Below, one piece after another: positions 8,701 to 19,542 of a stretch of DNA of 64,000 nt. How positions within the stretch are numbered: the first letter of the stretch is position 1; the number at the start of each line of letters is the position of its first letter. The notes below the pieces were generated by a model. The model had not been told where the DNA came from, made no database searches, and worked only from the letters and a program-made list of their open reading frames with translations. The stretch lies in NCBI GenBank assembly GCA_035299585.1, contig DATGWF010000077.1:1427-65426 (forward strand), written 5' to 3'. This DNA comes from Microbacteriaceae bacterium. GTDB taxonomy: Bacteria; Actinomycetota; Actinomycetes; Actinomycetales; Microbacteriaceae. Made by a program: the position numbers and the translations under genes.

Positions 8701-9698
8701 AGTTGGGCAATCCGATTCCGGCGAGCAATTGCAATGAAGATAGGGGCGCCAATGAGACAGAGAGTAATGCCGACTTCGATCTCGCTCGGCCGCGAGAGGA
8801 TCCGTCCGAGGACATCAGCCGCGACGACAAGGATTGCTCCGAAGCCTACTGACGCGGGCAGAATCCAGCGGTAGTCACTGCCGAGTAGGAGCCGAGCGAC
8901 GTGAGGTGCGACGAGGCCAACAAAGACAATCGGTCCCGCCAATGCCGTCGCGGTGCCGGCGAGCATGACGGCACCGGTTGCGCCAACGAGGCGGGCACGT
9001 GGCACGTGGAGCCCCACCCCGGTGGCGAGTTCATCGCCGAGCGCGAGCGTGTTGAGCGCACGCATTGAACTGAGCGCGAAAACGCCCCCCACGATGAGGA
9101 ACGGAGCGGCGGCGGCGAACAGGTGGACATCCGCGCCGCCGATGCTGCCGATCTGCCAGAACCGATATTCGGTCATGATGTCGACGCGAGGCAGGAGAAC
9201 TGCGTTGGTGAGCGATGCACACACGGCGCTCACGGCCGCACCGGCAAGGGCGAGCTTGAGTGGGCTTGCCCCACCAGGTCCGGCTGAACCCAGCACAGCG
9301 GTAACGATTGCAGCGAGAGTCGCACCAGCCAGCGCCACCCACATGAGTGTCCCGGGTGCCGGTGTTCCGGCGAGAGCGAGGGCACTCACAACTGCGAATG
9401 CCGCCCCAGCGTTCACCCCACTCAGACCGGGATCGGCAAGCGGATTGCGGGTAATGCCCTGCATCACTGCGCCCGACAGCCCCAGGGCCGCCCCAACGAG
9501 GAGGCCGAGTATGGTGCGGGGAATACGCTCTCGCACGGCTGCTTCAGCGATTCCGTTCGCGGACGGATCAGTGAGTGCAGTGATGACTTCGGAGATTGCG
9601 ACGTCGCGTGATCCCCAAACTATGGAGGCCACTGACGTCAGGGCGAGCGCGGTCACACTCAGGGTGAGCGTGACCGCGAACCGCCGAGCTCGATTCAC
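8697..9698 (-). CDS. FecCD-family iron-siderophore ABC permease
   Basis: 333-aa polytopic ORF, paralogous to 7675..8700 (GPIVFVGLVAPHVARLL...LIGAPIFIAIA). Confidence 0.9.
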   Translation of the reverse strand: MNRARRFAVTLTLSVTALALTSVASIVWGSRDVAISEVITALTDPSANGIAEAAVRERIPRTILGLLVGAALGLSGAVMQGITRNPLADPGLSGVNAGAAFAVVSALALAGTPAPGTLMWVALAGATLAAIVTAVLGSAGPGGASPLKLALAGAAVSAVCASLTNAVLLPRVDIMTEYRFWQIGSIGGADVHLFAAAAPFLIVGGVFALSSMRALNTLALGDELATGVGLHVPRARLVGATGAVMLAGTATALAGPIVFVGLVAPHVARLLLGSDYRWILPASVGFGAILVVAADVLGRILSRPSEIEVGITLCLIGAPIFIAIARRNRIAQL

Positions 9699-10738
9699 TT
9701 AACCTGAATGGCCGCGGCTTGGAACAGGCCGAGGTAGCGGTCCAGCGCCCACGGAATGGACAGCACCGTGGGGCCCGACGTTGCGGCAGCGAGCGGCGTC
9801 GCATTGGGCAAGATGACAACCGAGCCGCGCTGGACGGCAGGAATCTTGCCGATCAGCGGGTGAGCCTGAAGGAGGGCCAAGGTGCTGTCGTCGCCATAGG
9901 TGACCAAAATGTCGGCATCAATGCTGTCAGCGTTTTCGGCGGCAATGGTGGCGAAGAACTCCTGAGAGTCGCCGATGATGTCCTTGAGCCGCGGAGACAG
10001 CCCCAAACCGAGGTCCTGTGTGAACTGCACCCGGGCGTCGATTGGCGTGTAGACGCTAATCGAACTCAGATCGGATGGGTTGAGGTAGGTGTACGCGACC
10101 GTTTTCCCAGCAACATCCGGGTATCGGCTCTTGGCTTCGGCAATCGTCGCGTCCACTTTCGCGACAAGCGCTTCGGCCGCCGAACGCTTGCCCAGAGCGG
10201 CACCGTTGATGAGTGCCATTTCGCGCCAATTCGTTCCCCAGGCGAGTCCGGGATATGCCACAACGTGCGGGGTAATTGCGCTCAGCGTTTGAAAGTCCTC
10301 GGCCGACAGGCCCGAGTATGCAGCGAGGACTACGTCGGGATTGACGGAGGCGACCGCTTCAAAGTTGATTCCATCGACTTCGTCGAACAGAACGGGGAGC
10401 GAAGCGCCCGTCGCGCCGAGGCCATTGAGGGCGTCAAATGTCCACGGCAGGATTCCGTCTCCGTTGTCGTCGCCCCAGGCGCCGCCGGCCATTCCGACAG
10501 GGATGATGCCGAGCGCGAGCGCCACATCTTGATTGCCCCAAGCAACGGATGCGACTCGTTGGGGGACCTCAGAGATTACCGTCTGACCGAACGCGTGGTC
10601 GATGGTTACGGGGAATGAGTCGGTTGGCACATTGGCGTTGGTGGCACCAGGGGAGCCCGTAGCACAGGCGGTGAGGGCCAAGCTCGCGGCGGCAAGGAGA
10701 GACGTTGAGACGGTTCGATACCAGGTGCGACGGGACAT
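9695..10738 (-). CDS. siderophore-binding periplasmic-type lipoprotein (ABC substrate-binding protein)
   Basis: Track ORF trimmed to ATG 10738. MSRRTWYRTVSTSLLAAASLALTAC is a lipoprotein signal with an LTAC lipobox. First gene of the binding protein-permease-permease-ATPase operon. Confidence 0.85.
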   Translation of the reverse strand: MSRRTWYRTVSTSLLAAASLALTACATGSPGATNANVPTDSFPVTIDHAFGQTVISEVPQRVASVAWGNQDVALALGIIPVGMAGGAWGDDNGDGILPWTFDALNGLGATGASLPVLFDEVDGINFEAVASVNPDVVLAAYSGLSAEDFQTLSAITPHVVAYPGLAWGTNWREMALINGAALGKRSAAEALVAKVDATIAEAKSRYPDVAGKTVAYTYLNPSDLSSISVYTPIDARVQFTQDLGLGLSPRLKDIIGDSQEFFATIAAENADSIDADILVTYGDDSTLALLQAHPLIGKIPAVQRGSVVILPNATPLAAATSGPTVLSIPWALDRYLGLFQAAAIQVK

Positions 10739-10773
10739 AAAGGCGATTCCTAACGAGTTTGCATGAACTTTCA

Positions 10774-10792
10774 TTAGGTTAGCCTTACCTAA
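10774..10792. promoter_or_regulatory. DtxR/IdeR iron box
   Basis: TTAGGTTAGCCTTACCTAA. 18/19 match to the DtxR consensus TTAGGTTAGCCTAACCTAA, recalled from memory. Lies 36-54 nt upstream of the binding-protein start codon. Confidence 0.8.
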
Positions 10793-10812
10793 TCGCCCTG
10801 TCCAATTGGATG

Positions 10813-11736
10813 TCAGAACGAACTTTGACCCATTCGCCAATACCCCATGAATGCAACACTCTGCGGTGGTACCCCGAGTTCGGATACGAGAAGGCGCCGA
10901 AGCGACTTAATTGCGGCCGACTCCCCAGCGAGCCAGGCGTACAGGCCGCCCGCATCCGTCGATTGCGCGTCGTCCTCGACGTCTGGCACCTCCCAGAGAA
11001 TCTCCGTATCGATGTCAATCTCTGATAGCTCGACAGGCGCGACCGTGGTTGCTGACGCAATGGTCATAGCCGCAGCCGCCACGGCGGGGACAAGGCGACT
11101 TCCCGGTTCGCCAGATCGGACCACCACCCGCAGGTCGATTCCGGGCGGTGCTGGGCTGAGAGCTTGCACGTCTCCCGCATGCGGCACCTCGATCACAGCG
11201 ATGCCTTGGGTGCGATTATCCATTCGTTCGAAAATCCCGGAAACAGCCGGAAGTGCCGTCTCATCGGCCGCAATCAAGACCCGCCCGACCCCGGTAGGTG
11301 GATTCCAGTCGATACCACCGTGGCGGCCAGAATATCCGCGCACTGGCACGACAACAGCAATCGTGTCACCCGGTTGTGCATCGCCCGCCCAAGCGGAAGC
11401 CGGACCGGAGCGTCCGTGCAGGACAAAATCGACGTCAAACTCGGCCGACTCGGCACGCACTTCACGGAGGGTGTACGTGCGCATGATGGGCCGATTGGCC
11501 TCGGGCGCGGCGCGCCAGGCTGCGTACCAATCGTGGTTTCCAACGAACTCTTCGAGATTGCTCGACGGAGTGGGGAGGAGCAACTTGATTCGCTGGTCAC
11601 ATCTCGTGTCGGCAATCTCTCGGACGGTTGGCCCGGTGAACGTTACACGACGGAAAGTGGGGCTCAGCATGCGGACCCGCGCAACCGATACCAGCATGGT
11701 TGCGAAGGGCGCTCCCGATTCCTCGGCTGCAGTCAT
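10813..11736 (-). CDS. siderophore-interacting protein (ViuB/SIP-type FAD-binding ferric-siderophore reductase)
   Basis: Track ORF trimmed to ATG 11736. Sequence VSVARVRMLSPTFRRVTFTG...RTYTLREV...GPASAWAGDAQPGDTIAVV is typical of the FAD_binding_9/SIP fold. Confidence 0.85.
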   Translation of the reverse strand: MTAAEESGAPFATMLVSVARVRMLSPTFRRVTFTGPTVREIADTRCDQRIKLLLPTPSSNLEEFVGNHDWYAAWRAAPEANRPIMRTYTLREVRAESAEFDVDFVLHGRSGPASAWAGDAQPGDTIAVVVPVRGYSGRHGGIDWNPPTGVGRVLIAADETALPAVSGIFERMDNRTQGIAVIEVPHAGDVQALSPAPPGIDLRVVVRSGEPGSRLVPAVAAAAMTIASATTVAPVELSEIDIDTEILWEVPDVEDDAQSTDAGGLYAWLAGESAAIKSLRRLLVSELGVPPQSVAFMGYWRMGQSSF

Positions 11737-11752
11737 TTTTGGCACCTCATCT

Positions 11753-13534
11753 TCAGGTGAGGAGCTGGGTCGCGGCGAGCTCGCGGTAGAGCGGCACCGA
11801 CTCGAGCAACTCTTCGTGTGTACCTGAGCCGAGCACGCGGCCCTGTTCGAGCACCACGATGACATCCGCGTCGACCACGGTCGAAAGTCGGTGGGCAATC
11901 ACGATGAGCGTGCGGTTCGACGACGCCGCATCGATTGCGGCACGCATGCGCTGCTCGTTCACGCCATCGAGGCTCGAGGTCGACTCGTCCAAGAGCAGCA
12001 CCTCGGGGGCTTGCAAGAGTGCCCGCGCAATCGCGAGCCGCTGGCGCTCGCCACCGGACAGCATCACGCCGTCCTCACCGACCGGCGCGTCCAAGCCGCG
12101 CTCGTCGCGGTCAAGCACCTCGCCGAGGTTCACCGTGCGGAGCACACGCTCACAGTCGTCGTCGCTCGCCTCCGGCGCCGCGAGCAAGAGGTTCTCACGC
12201 AGGGATCCGGCAAGCACCGGCGCCTCCTGCTCGACATAGCCAATCCGTGAACGCAGGTCTTTGCGCTCCAGGCCGCGAATGTCGTCGCCAAACAAGCGAA
12301 CCGCACCCGCGGTGGGGTCGTAGAAGCGCTCGATGAGGGCGAGTGAGGTCGACTTGCCCGCGCCCGAGGGACCCACCAGCGCGAGCCGTTTGCCGGCGGG
12401 TACCGCGAAGCTCACACCGTGCAGCACGTCGCTGCCACCCTCGTAGCCGAAACTCACGCCTTCGAACGCAATTGCCGGCGCGTTTGTCGGTGCGAGACCG
12501 GCCGCGAGACCCTCTGCGATGAGCGCGTCACCCGCGGTTTCGGCGGGGACGTCAAGCACTTCGGTGATGCGGCCGAGCGCCCCGAGCGCCTGATTGACCG
12601 AACTGATTGCGCCGAACGCGGTGCCCAGCGGGCCGACCATGAGGAACAGGAACATGATGAAGGCGACGAGCGAGGCGACGCTGATTGCGCCACTCGCGAC
12701 CCGGAATCCGCCAAGACCCAGCACCACCAGAAGCGAGACCTGCAGGGCCACCATTGCCACCGGTACGACGAACGCGGAGTAGCGCGCCACCTTCACACCG
12801 GCGTCATATGCACGGTCGGCCTGAGCCCGAATGGCCTCGGTTTCACGCTGCTCGGCGGTGTTCGCTCGAATCGTGCGGATGGCCGAGAGGGCGCGCTCCA
12901 CGGCCGCGGCAAGATCGCCCACCCGCTCTTGCTGTTCCCGGCTCGCCTGGCGCATCCGGCCGCCGAGGGCGACGACGAGGATGACGGCGACGAGCACCAC
13001 GAGCACGGTCGCCCCGAGCAGCACGGGGTCGAGCACACACATGGCGATGAGTGCGCCGAGGAGGACAAACGCGCCACCGAGCGAATCGATGAGGCCTTGC
13101 GTCATCACCGCGTACAGCAATGTGGTGTCCGAACCGACACGAGAGACGAGGTCGCCGGTGCGGCGAGTGTCGTACTCACGGATGGGCAGACGCAGCAGGT
13201 GGTGGGCGAGCCGAACGCGGGCCGAACGCACCACCGCGGTGCCGGCACGCTGCAACAGGTAGTGCTGGACGGCACTGATCGCCGCCGCCGTAATGACGAG
13301 GGATACCAGGAGAGCGACCAGAGCGCCGAACGGTTCCTGGCTCTGTACCTTGCCGATGACGACGGCGACAATCGTGGGCTGAGCGAGCTGGGCGAGGGCG
13401 CCAATGACGCTGAGCACGACGGCCACGGTGAGCATGGTGCGGTGCTCGGCAAGATAGGGGAGCAATTGGCGGAAGGATCCGCGCGGCCCCTCACTCATTC
13501 GGGAACCGCGTCCACCGCGACCTCGCTGCGCCAT
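11753..13534 (-). CDS. ABC transporter, fused permease/ATPase, exporter fold (half-transporter)
   Basis: Six-helix TMD followed by an NBD (GPSGAGKST, LSGGERQRLAIARAL, LLLDEST). The start is uncertain (ATG 13534 or 13498; track start 13624). Ends 17 nt upstream of the SIP gene. Confidence 0.85.
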   Translation of the reverse strand: MAQRGRGGRGSRMSEGPRGSFRQLLPYLAEHRTMLTVAVVLSVIGALAQLAQPTIVAVVIGKVQSQEPFGALVALLVSLVITAAAISAVQHYLLQRAGTAVVRSARVRLAHHLLRLPIREYDTRRTGDLVSRVGSDTTLLYAVMTQGLIDSLGGAFVLLGALIAMCVLDPVLLGATVLVVLVAVILVVALGGRMRQASREQQERVGDLAAAVERALSAIRTIRANTAEQRETEAIRAQADRAYDAGVKVARYSAFVVPVAMVALQVSLLVVLGLGGFRVASGAISVASLVAFIMFLFLMVGPLGTAFGAISSVNQALGALGRITEVLDVPAETAGDALIAEGLAAGLAPTNAPAIAFEGVSFGYEGGSDVLHGVSFAVPAGKRLALVGPSGAGKSTSLALIERFYDPTAGAVRLFGDDIRGLERKDLRSRIGYVEQEAPVLAGSLRENLLLAAPEASDDDCERVLRTVNLGEVLDRDERGLDAPVGEDGVMLSGGERQRLAIARALLQAPEVLLLDESTSSLDGVNEQRMRAAIDAASSNRTLIVIAHRLSTVVDADVIVVLEQGRVLGSGTHEELLESVPLYRELAATQLLT

Positions 13535-13608
13535 GCGCTCTCCAATCGAGTTGAAATCTTGGGCGACCCATCCGACGTCATCGGCAGAAACGGGGATACG
13601 CTGAGGCC

Positions 13609-14037
13609 ATGGAACTCTTGCCAATCCTGCACATTGCCACGGCCGTCTTCATTATCGGGCCTATGGCGCTTCTTCCGCACACCGGCATGGCCGCCCTGCG
13701 CCGCGGTGACGTGGGTTCGGTTCGCACCGTCGAGCGTTCGACGACAATCTTCGCCTTCGCTTCGCTGCTGGTATTCATGCTCGGCTTCGGCGCCCTCGGG
13801 GTGGCCGGCTCCGAGGAAGACTGGAGCTTCAGCTCGCCCTGGATTATCTGGTCGATCGTGCTCTACGTTGTCGCGCTCGGTCTCACGCTGTTCGTCGTGC
13901 TCCCCGCACTGCGCTCGGGAGCAGACGCTGTTGAAGCCGGCTCGAGCAAGACCGGGTATGGCGCGCTTGCCGCAAGCAACGGCATCGTCACCCTGCTGCT
14001 CATCGGCGTGGTCGTGCTGATGAGCTGGAAGCCCTAG
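13609..14037 (+). CDS. hypothetical 4-TM membrane protein (DUF2269-like, from memory)
   Basis: 142-aa ORF with four clear hydrophobic helices and good GC3. Divergent from the ABC gene. Its stop overlaps the ribH stop. Confidence 0.55.
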   Translation: MELLPILHIATAVFIIGPMALLPHTGMAALRRGDVGSVRTVERSTTIFAFASLLVFMLGFGALGVAGSEEDWSFSSPWIIWSIVLYVVALGLTLFVVLPALRSGADAVEAGSSKTGYGALAASNGIVTLLLIGVVVLMSWKP

Positions 14038-14507
14038 CTCCCGAGCAGTGCTCGAATGCTGAGCGCGGCGTGCACCGCCGCCTCAGCGGCTTCGGCGCCT
14101 TTATCCTCGCGTGAGCCGGGGAGTCCAGCCCGATCCAAGCCCTGCTGTTCGTCGTCGAGGGTGAGCACGCCGAATCCGACCGGCTTTCCCGTCGCGAGGG
14201 CGAGCTGGGTGAGGCCGTCCGTGGCCGCGTTCGACACGAACTCGAAGTGCGGCGTCCCGCCGCGGATGATGACCCCGAGGGCCACGACCGCGTCGGCCCC
14301 GGACAGCAGCGCGGCTTTACTCACGACGGGGAGCTCGAAAGCGCCCGGAACGCGCACGAGCGAGTGCTCTGCGCCGGCGGCGTCGAGGGCGCGCTGAGCG
14401 CCGGCGATGAGCCCGTCGCTGATCTCCGTGTGCCACGAGCCCGCGACGATGACGACCCGGAGGCCGTGACCGTTGAGCGCGAGTTCGGGGCGACCGGCGC
14501 CGCTCAT
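14034..14507 (-). CDS. ribH: 6,7-dimethyl-8-ribityllumazine synthase
   Basis: 157 aa. Contains [13 protein letters not shown] and GVLTLDD motifs. Last gene of the rib operon. Confidence 0.95.
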   Translation of the reverse strand: MSGAGRPELALNGHGLRVVIVAGSWHTEISDGLIAGAQRALDAAGAEHSLVRVPGAFELPVVSKAALLSGADAVVALGVIIRGGTPHFEFVSNAATDGLTQLALATGKPVGFGVLTLDDEQQGLDRAGLPGSREDKGAEAAEAAVHAALSIRALLGS

Positions 14508-15772
14508 TCGGCGACCTCACCGACCGACTGGAGCTGCTCCGCCGTGATGAGGTGACCCATGCGGGCACCCTTGGTGGCCAGGTACTGTTCGTTGAACGCG
14601 CCGACACCGACGATGAGGGGCACCTGCTCGGTGACCGTCACCCCGTATTTCGCGAGCTGGGCCGCTTTGTCTGGATTGTTCGAGAGCAAGCGCACGCGCT
14701 CGAGCCCGAGGTCGTGCAGCATGGCCGCCGCCGCCCCGTAGTCGCGCTTGTCTGCCGGCAGACCGAGCGCAAGGTTCGCGTCGAGTGTGTCGAGGCCGTC
14801 CTCCTGCAGACGGTAGGCGCGCAACTTGTTGATGAGGCCGATTCCGCGCCCCTCTTGGCCGCGCAGATAGAGCACCACGCCACCATCACGGCTGATGGTT
14901 TCGAGGGCGGCGTCGAGCTGCGGGCCGCACTCGCACTTGAGCGAACCGAGCGCTTCGCCGGTGAGGCACTCTGAGTGCACCCGGATGAGGGCATCCTGTC
15001 CGATCTCGCCAGCGACGAGAGCGAGGTGGTCGGCTCCGGTGACCCGGTCACGGTAGGCGCGCATGCGAATCGGGCCGTGGCTCGTCGGGACGGTCGTTTC
15101 GACTTCGAAGCTCACGCGACCGAGCTCCGCCGGAGCGGTCGAGTCGAGCGCCTCGCGGTCGGCCGGATTCGCGTCGAGGTAGCGAGTGAGTTCGGCAATG
15201 GTGGTGACGAGAAGTCCCTCTCGCTCACCCATCTCGAGCAGTCCGGTGAGGCGCATCATCTCGCCATCATCCTGGACAACCTCGCCGATGATGGCCACTG
15301 GCGGCAAGCCGGCAAGTTTCATCAAATCGACCGCGGCCTCGGTGTGTCCGGCACGCTCGCGCACGCCGCCCTCAACCGCGCGAATCGGCACGAGGTGGCC
15401 GGGGCGGATGAGGTTGCTCGGGGTGGCGTTCGGGTCGGCGAGCACCCGAGCGGTGTGCGTGCGGTCGGCCGCACTGATGCCGGTCGTGATGCCCTCCGCG
15501 GCGTCCACTGTGACGGTGTATGCGGTGCGGCGGACATCCTGGTTGACCTCGGTCATCAGTGGGAGCTCAAGCCGGTCCGCGATCTCGTTTGTCAGCGGCA
15601 CGCACAGGTAGCCAGAGGTGTTGCGAATGGTCCACGCCATCCAGTGCTGCGTGGCCAGTGCGGCCGAGAAGATCACGTCGCCCTCGTTCTCGCGACCTTC
15701 GTCGTCGGCAACGAGCACCGGGCGTCCGGCGCGAAGGGCATCGAGTACTGCGGGGATACTGGCGAGACTCAT
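14504..15772 (-). CDS. ribBA: bifunctional 3,4-dihydroxy-2-butanone-4-phosphate synthase / GTP cyclohydrolase II
   Basis: 422 aa. N-terminal DHBP synthase region ([10 protein letters not shown]) and C-terminal GCHII region ([18 protein letters not shown]). Confidence 0.95.
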   Translation of the reverse strand: MSLASIPAVLDALRAGRPVLVADDEGRENEGDVIFSAALATQHWMAWTIRNTSGYLCVPLTNEIADRLELPLMTEVNQDVRRTAYTVTVDAAEGITTGISAADRTHTARVLADPNATPSNLIRPGHLVPIRAVEGGVRERAGHTEAAVDLMKLAGLPPVAIIGEVVQDDGEMMRLTGLLEMGEREGLLVTTIAELTRYLDANPADREALDSTAPAELGRVSFEVETTVPTSHGPIRMRAYRDRVTGADHLALVAGEIGQDALIRVHSECLTGEALGSLKCECGPQLDAALETISRDGGVVLYLRGQEGRGIGLINKLRAYRLQEDGLDTLDANLALGLPADKRDYGAAAAMLHDLGLERVRLLSNNPDKAAQLAKYGVTVTEQVPLIVGVGAFNEQYLATKGARMGHLITAEQLQSVGEVAE

Positions 15773-16437
15773 GCGCTCGCTCCATTCCGTTGAGGGCGGT
15801 TGCCCGGTTGGAGTGACGAGGGAATCTCGGCACTGTTCGTGAACTGCATCAAGCGTTGGACGTGGCGGGCAACGATGTCCGTCTCGAGGTTGACGAGGTC
15901 GCCAACGACGCGCTCGCCGAGGGTCGTCGCAATCAGGGTTTCCGGAATGAGCGACACTTCACCCCAGTGGCCCTCGGCGTCGGAACCGATCGCGCTCAAC
16001 GTGAGGGAGACTCCGTCGATGGTGATGGAGCCCTTGTCGACGACGAGCGGCGCGAGGTCGTCGGAGATGCGCACACGCAGCACCCGCCACTGCTCGGCGG
16101 GACGCACGTCAATCACCGTTCCGGTGCCGTCAACGTGGCCTTGCACGATGTGGCCACCCAGACGGTCGCCGAGTGCGGCGGCCCGCTCGAGGTTGACCTT
16201 CGTGCCGACCACGGCACCACCGAGAGCGCTCATCCGAATGGATTGCGCCATGACGTCGGCGGTGAAGCTGTCCGAGCTTTGCTCGATGACGGTAAGGCAC
16301 ACCCCGCTCACACAGATCGATGCACCGTGTTGCGCGTCGGAAACGACGAGCGGCCCGCGCACCGTCAGGCGCAGCGAATCCGCAACCGGCTCGATGGCCG
16401 TGATTTCGCCGATTTCTTCAATCAGTCCGGTGAACAT
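15769..16437 (-). CDS. ribE: riboflavin synthase (alpha chain)
   Basis: 222 aa. MFTGLIEEIGEI start and a duplicated lumazine-binding repeat (GASICVSGVCLTV / GSITIDGVSLTL). Confidence 0.95.
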   Translation of the reverse strand: MFTGLIEEIGEITAIEPVADSLRLTVRGPLVVSDAQHGASICVSGVCLTVIEQSSDSFTADVMAQSIRMSALGGAVVGTKVNLERAAALGDRLGGHIVQGHVDGTGTVIDVRPAEQWRVLRVRISDDLAPLVVDKGSITIDGVSLTLSAIGSDAEGHWGEVSLIPETLIATTLGERVVGDLVNLETDIVARHVQRLMQFTNSAEIPSSLQPGNRPQRNGASA

Positions 16438-16438
16438 G

Positions 16439-17452
16439 TCATCCTCTCCGCAATCTCAATTTCAGGTCGGCGCCCAGCTGGCTGACCTCGGTGAACGTCC
16501 AATGCTGGGCTTCGGCTAGTGTGCCGATGCCGAGATTCTCGATGGCCCGGCGCGCGCCGCCCAGCAGGAGCGGCGCCTGGTACACGAGCAACTCGTCCAC
16601 CCATCCGCCCGTGAGGAGGGATGACACGAGGGTCGGGCCTCCCTCAACGAAGAGGGTGCGTACGCCGCGGCCGGGCAGGCTCGCGAGGTCGGCTGCGAGG
16701 TCCTCGCCGCTCACGAAGATGGGCTCGTGTTGGCCGGAACGAAGCTTCGCGGTTGCCGGCACCTCGCGTCGGCCGAACACCACGGGAATGGGCTGGTCGG
16801 TATACAGTCCGTCGCCACGTCGAGCCGACAGGGCCGGGTCGTCGGCGATCACCGTGCCGGTGCCGACCGCGATGCCATCGGCCAGACTGCGCTCGAGGTG
16901 CACGTCGGCGCGAGCCTCGGGGCCGCTAATCCACTGGCTTGAGCCGTCATTGGCGGCGGCACGACCGTCGACCGATTGGGCCCACTTGACCACAATCCAC
17001 GGGCGGCCAAGCCGCGCCGCCACGAGCCATGAGCCGAGGACCACTTCGCCCTCGGTCGATCGGACACCACCGATGACCTCCACGCCGTGCTCGCGCAGGC
17101 GCTCGGCCCCACCCGCAGAGGCATCACCCGGATCGCTGACTGAGTACACCACTCGAGCGATTCCGGCTGCGAGCAAGGCTTCGGCACACGGTCCGGTCCG
17201 GCCGGTGTGGTTGCATGGCTCAAGAGACACGACCGCCGTCGTGCCTGCCGGCAGCGGGCCGTCAATCTGGCTGAGCGCGTCGACTTCCGCGTGCGGTGTG
17301 CCGGCACCGCGGTGGTGCCCCACCGCGAGCACCTCGCCACTCGCCGAGACCAGGACACATCCGACGCGCGGATTAATGCCGCGTTCCGGGCCGAGGGTGG
17401 CGGCGTCGAAGGCGCGCTGCATGAGCGCTTCCCAATCGAAATCTGTTGCCAT
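16439..17452 (-). CDS. ribD: bifunctional diaminohydroxyphosphoribosylaminopyrimidine deaminase / 5-amino-6-(5-phosphoribosylamino)uracil reductase
   Basis: Track ORF trimmed to ATG 17452. Deaminase zinc motifs HAEVDAL and LEPCNHTGRTGPC, followed by the reductase domain. Confidence 0.9.
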   Translation of the reverse strand: MATDFDWEALMQRAFDAATLGPERGINPRVGCVLVSASGEVLAVGHHRGAGTPHAEVDALSQIDGPLPAGTTAVVSLEPCNHTGRTGPCAEALLAAGIARVVYSVSDPGDASAGGAERLREHGVEVIGGVRSTEGEVVLGSWLVAARLGRPWIVVKWAQSVDGRAAANDGSSQWISGPEARADVHLERSLADGIAVGTGTVIADDPALSARRGDGLYTDQPIPVVFGRREVPATAKLRSGQHEPIFVSGEDLAADLASLPGRGVRTLFVEGGPTLVSSLLTGGWVDELLVYQAPLLLGGARRAIENLGIGTLAEAQHWTFTEVSQLGADLKLRLRRG

Positions 17453-17507
17453 CGTCCCGTCCGTTTTCTGGTTTCGGGGGTGGCAAACGGCAGGGTCGAA
17501 CCCTGCG

Positions 17508-17634
17508 CGTATTTCTCCCATCCGGACTTTGACCGTCGGCACCGGAATTTCACCGGTTCGGCCCACTCGGCCGAAGCCAAGAGGGTTCGCGGGCTTTCAC
17601 CGCCGGCTCGGATTTTCACCGACCCCGAAACACG
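17508..17634 (-). promoter_or_regulatory. FMN riboswitch (RFN element) aptamer controlling ribD-E-BA-H
   Basis: Minus-strand sequence CGTGTTTCGGGGTCGGTGAAAATCCGAGCCGGCGGTGAAAGCCCGCGA...CCGGTGAAATTCCGGTGCCGACGGTCAAAGTCCGGATGGGAGAAATACG. P1 closes CGTGTTTC with GAAATACG. The expression platform at 17453-17507 contains CCCCGAAAC, complementary to the 5' GTTTCGGGG. Confidence 0.85.
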
Positions 17635-17689
17635 TACCTCTGAAGCGTAGTCAACGCACCGGGGAAAAACCTATTCCCCTTCATGGTTC

Positions 17690-19533
<1,844 letters not shown>

Positions 19534-19542
19534 GCCGTAATC

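Noticed and set aside
7679-8830. N-terminal 383 codons of the 673-aa track ORF 6809..8830
   Set aside because: This part runs out of frame through the FecCD permease gene (7675..8700) and is Arg/Ser/Pro/Cys-rich. Only the segment from ATG 7678, which overlaps the permease stop, has ABC ATPase motifs.
12419-14020. 533-aa plus-strand ORF
   Set aside because: It is antisense to the ABC half-transporter and out of frame with the 13609..14037 membrane protein. The sequence is rich in H/D/E/R/G repeats.
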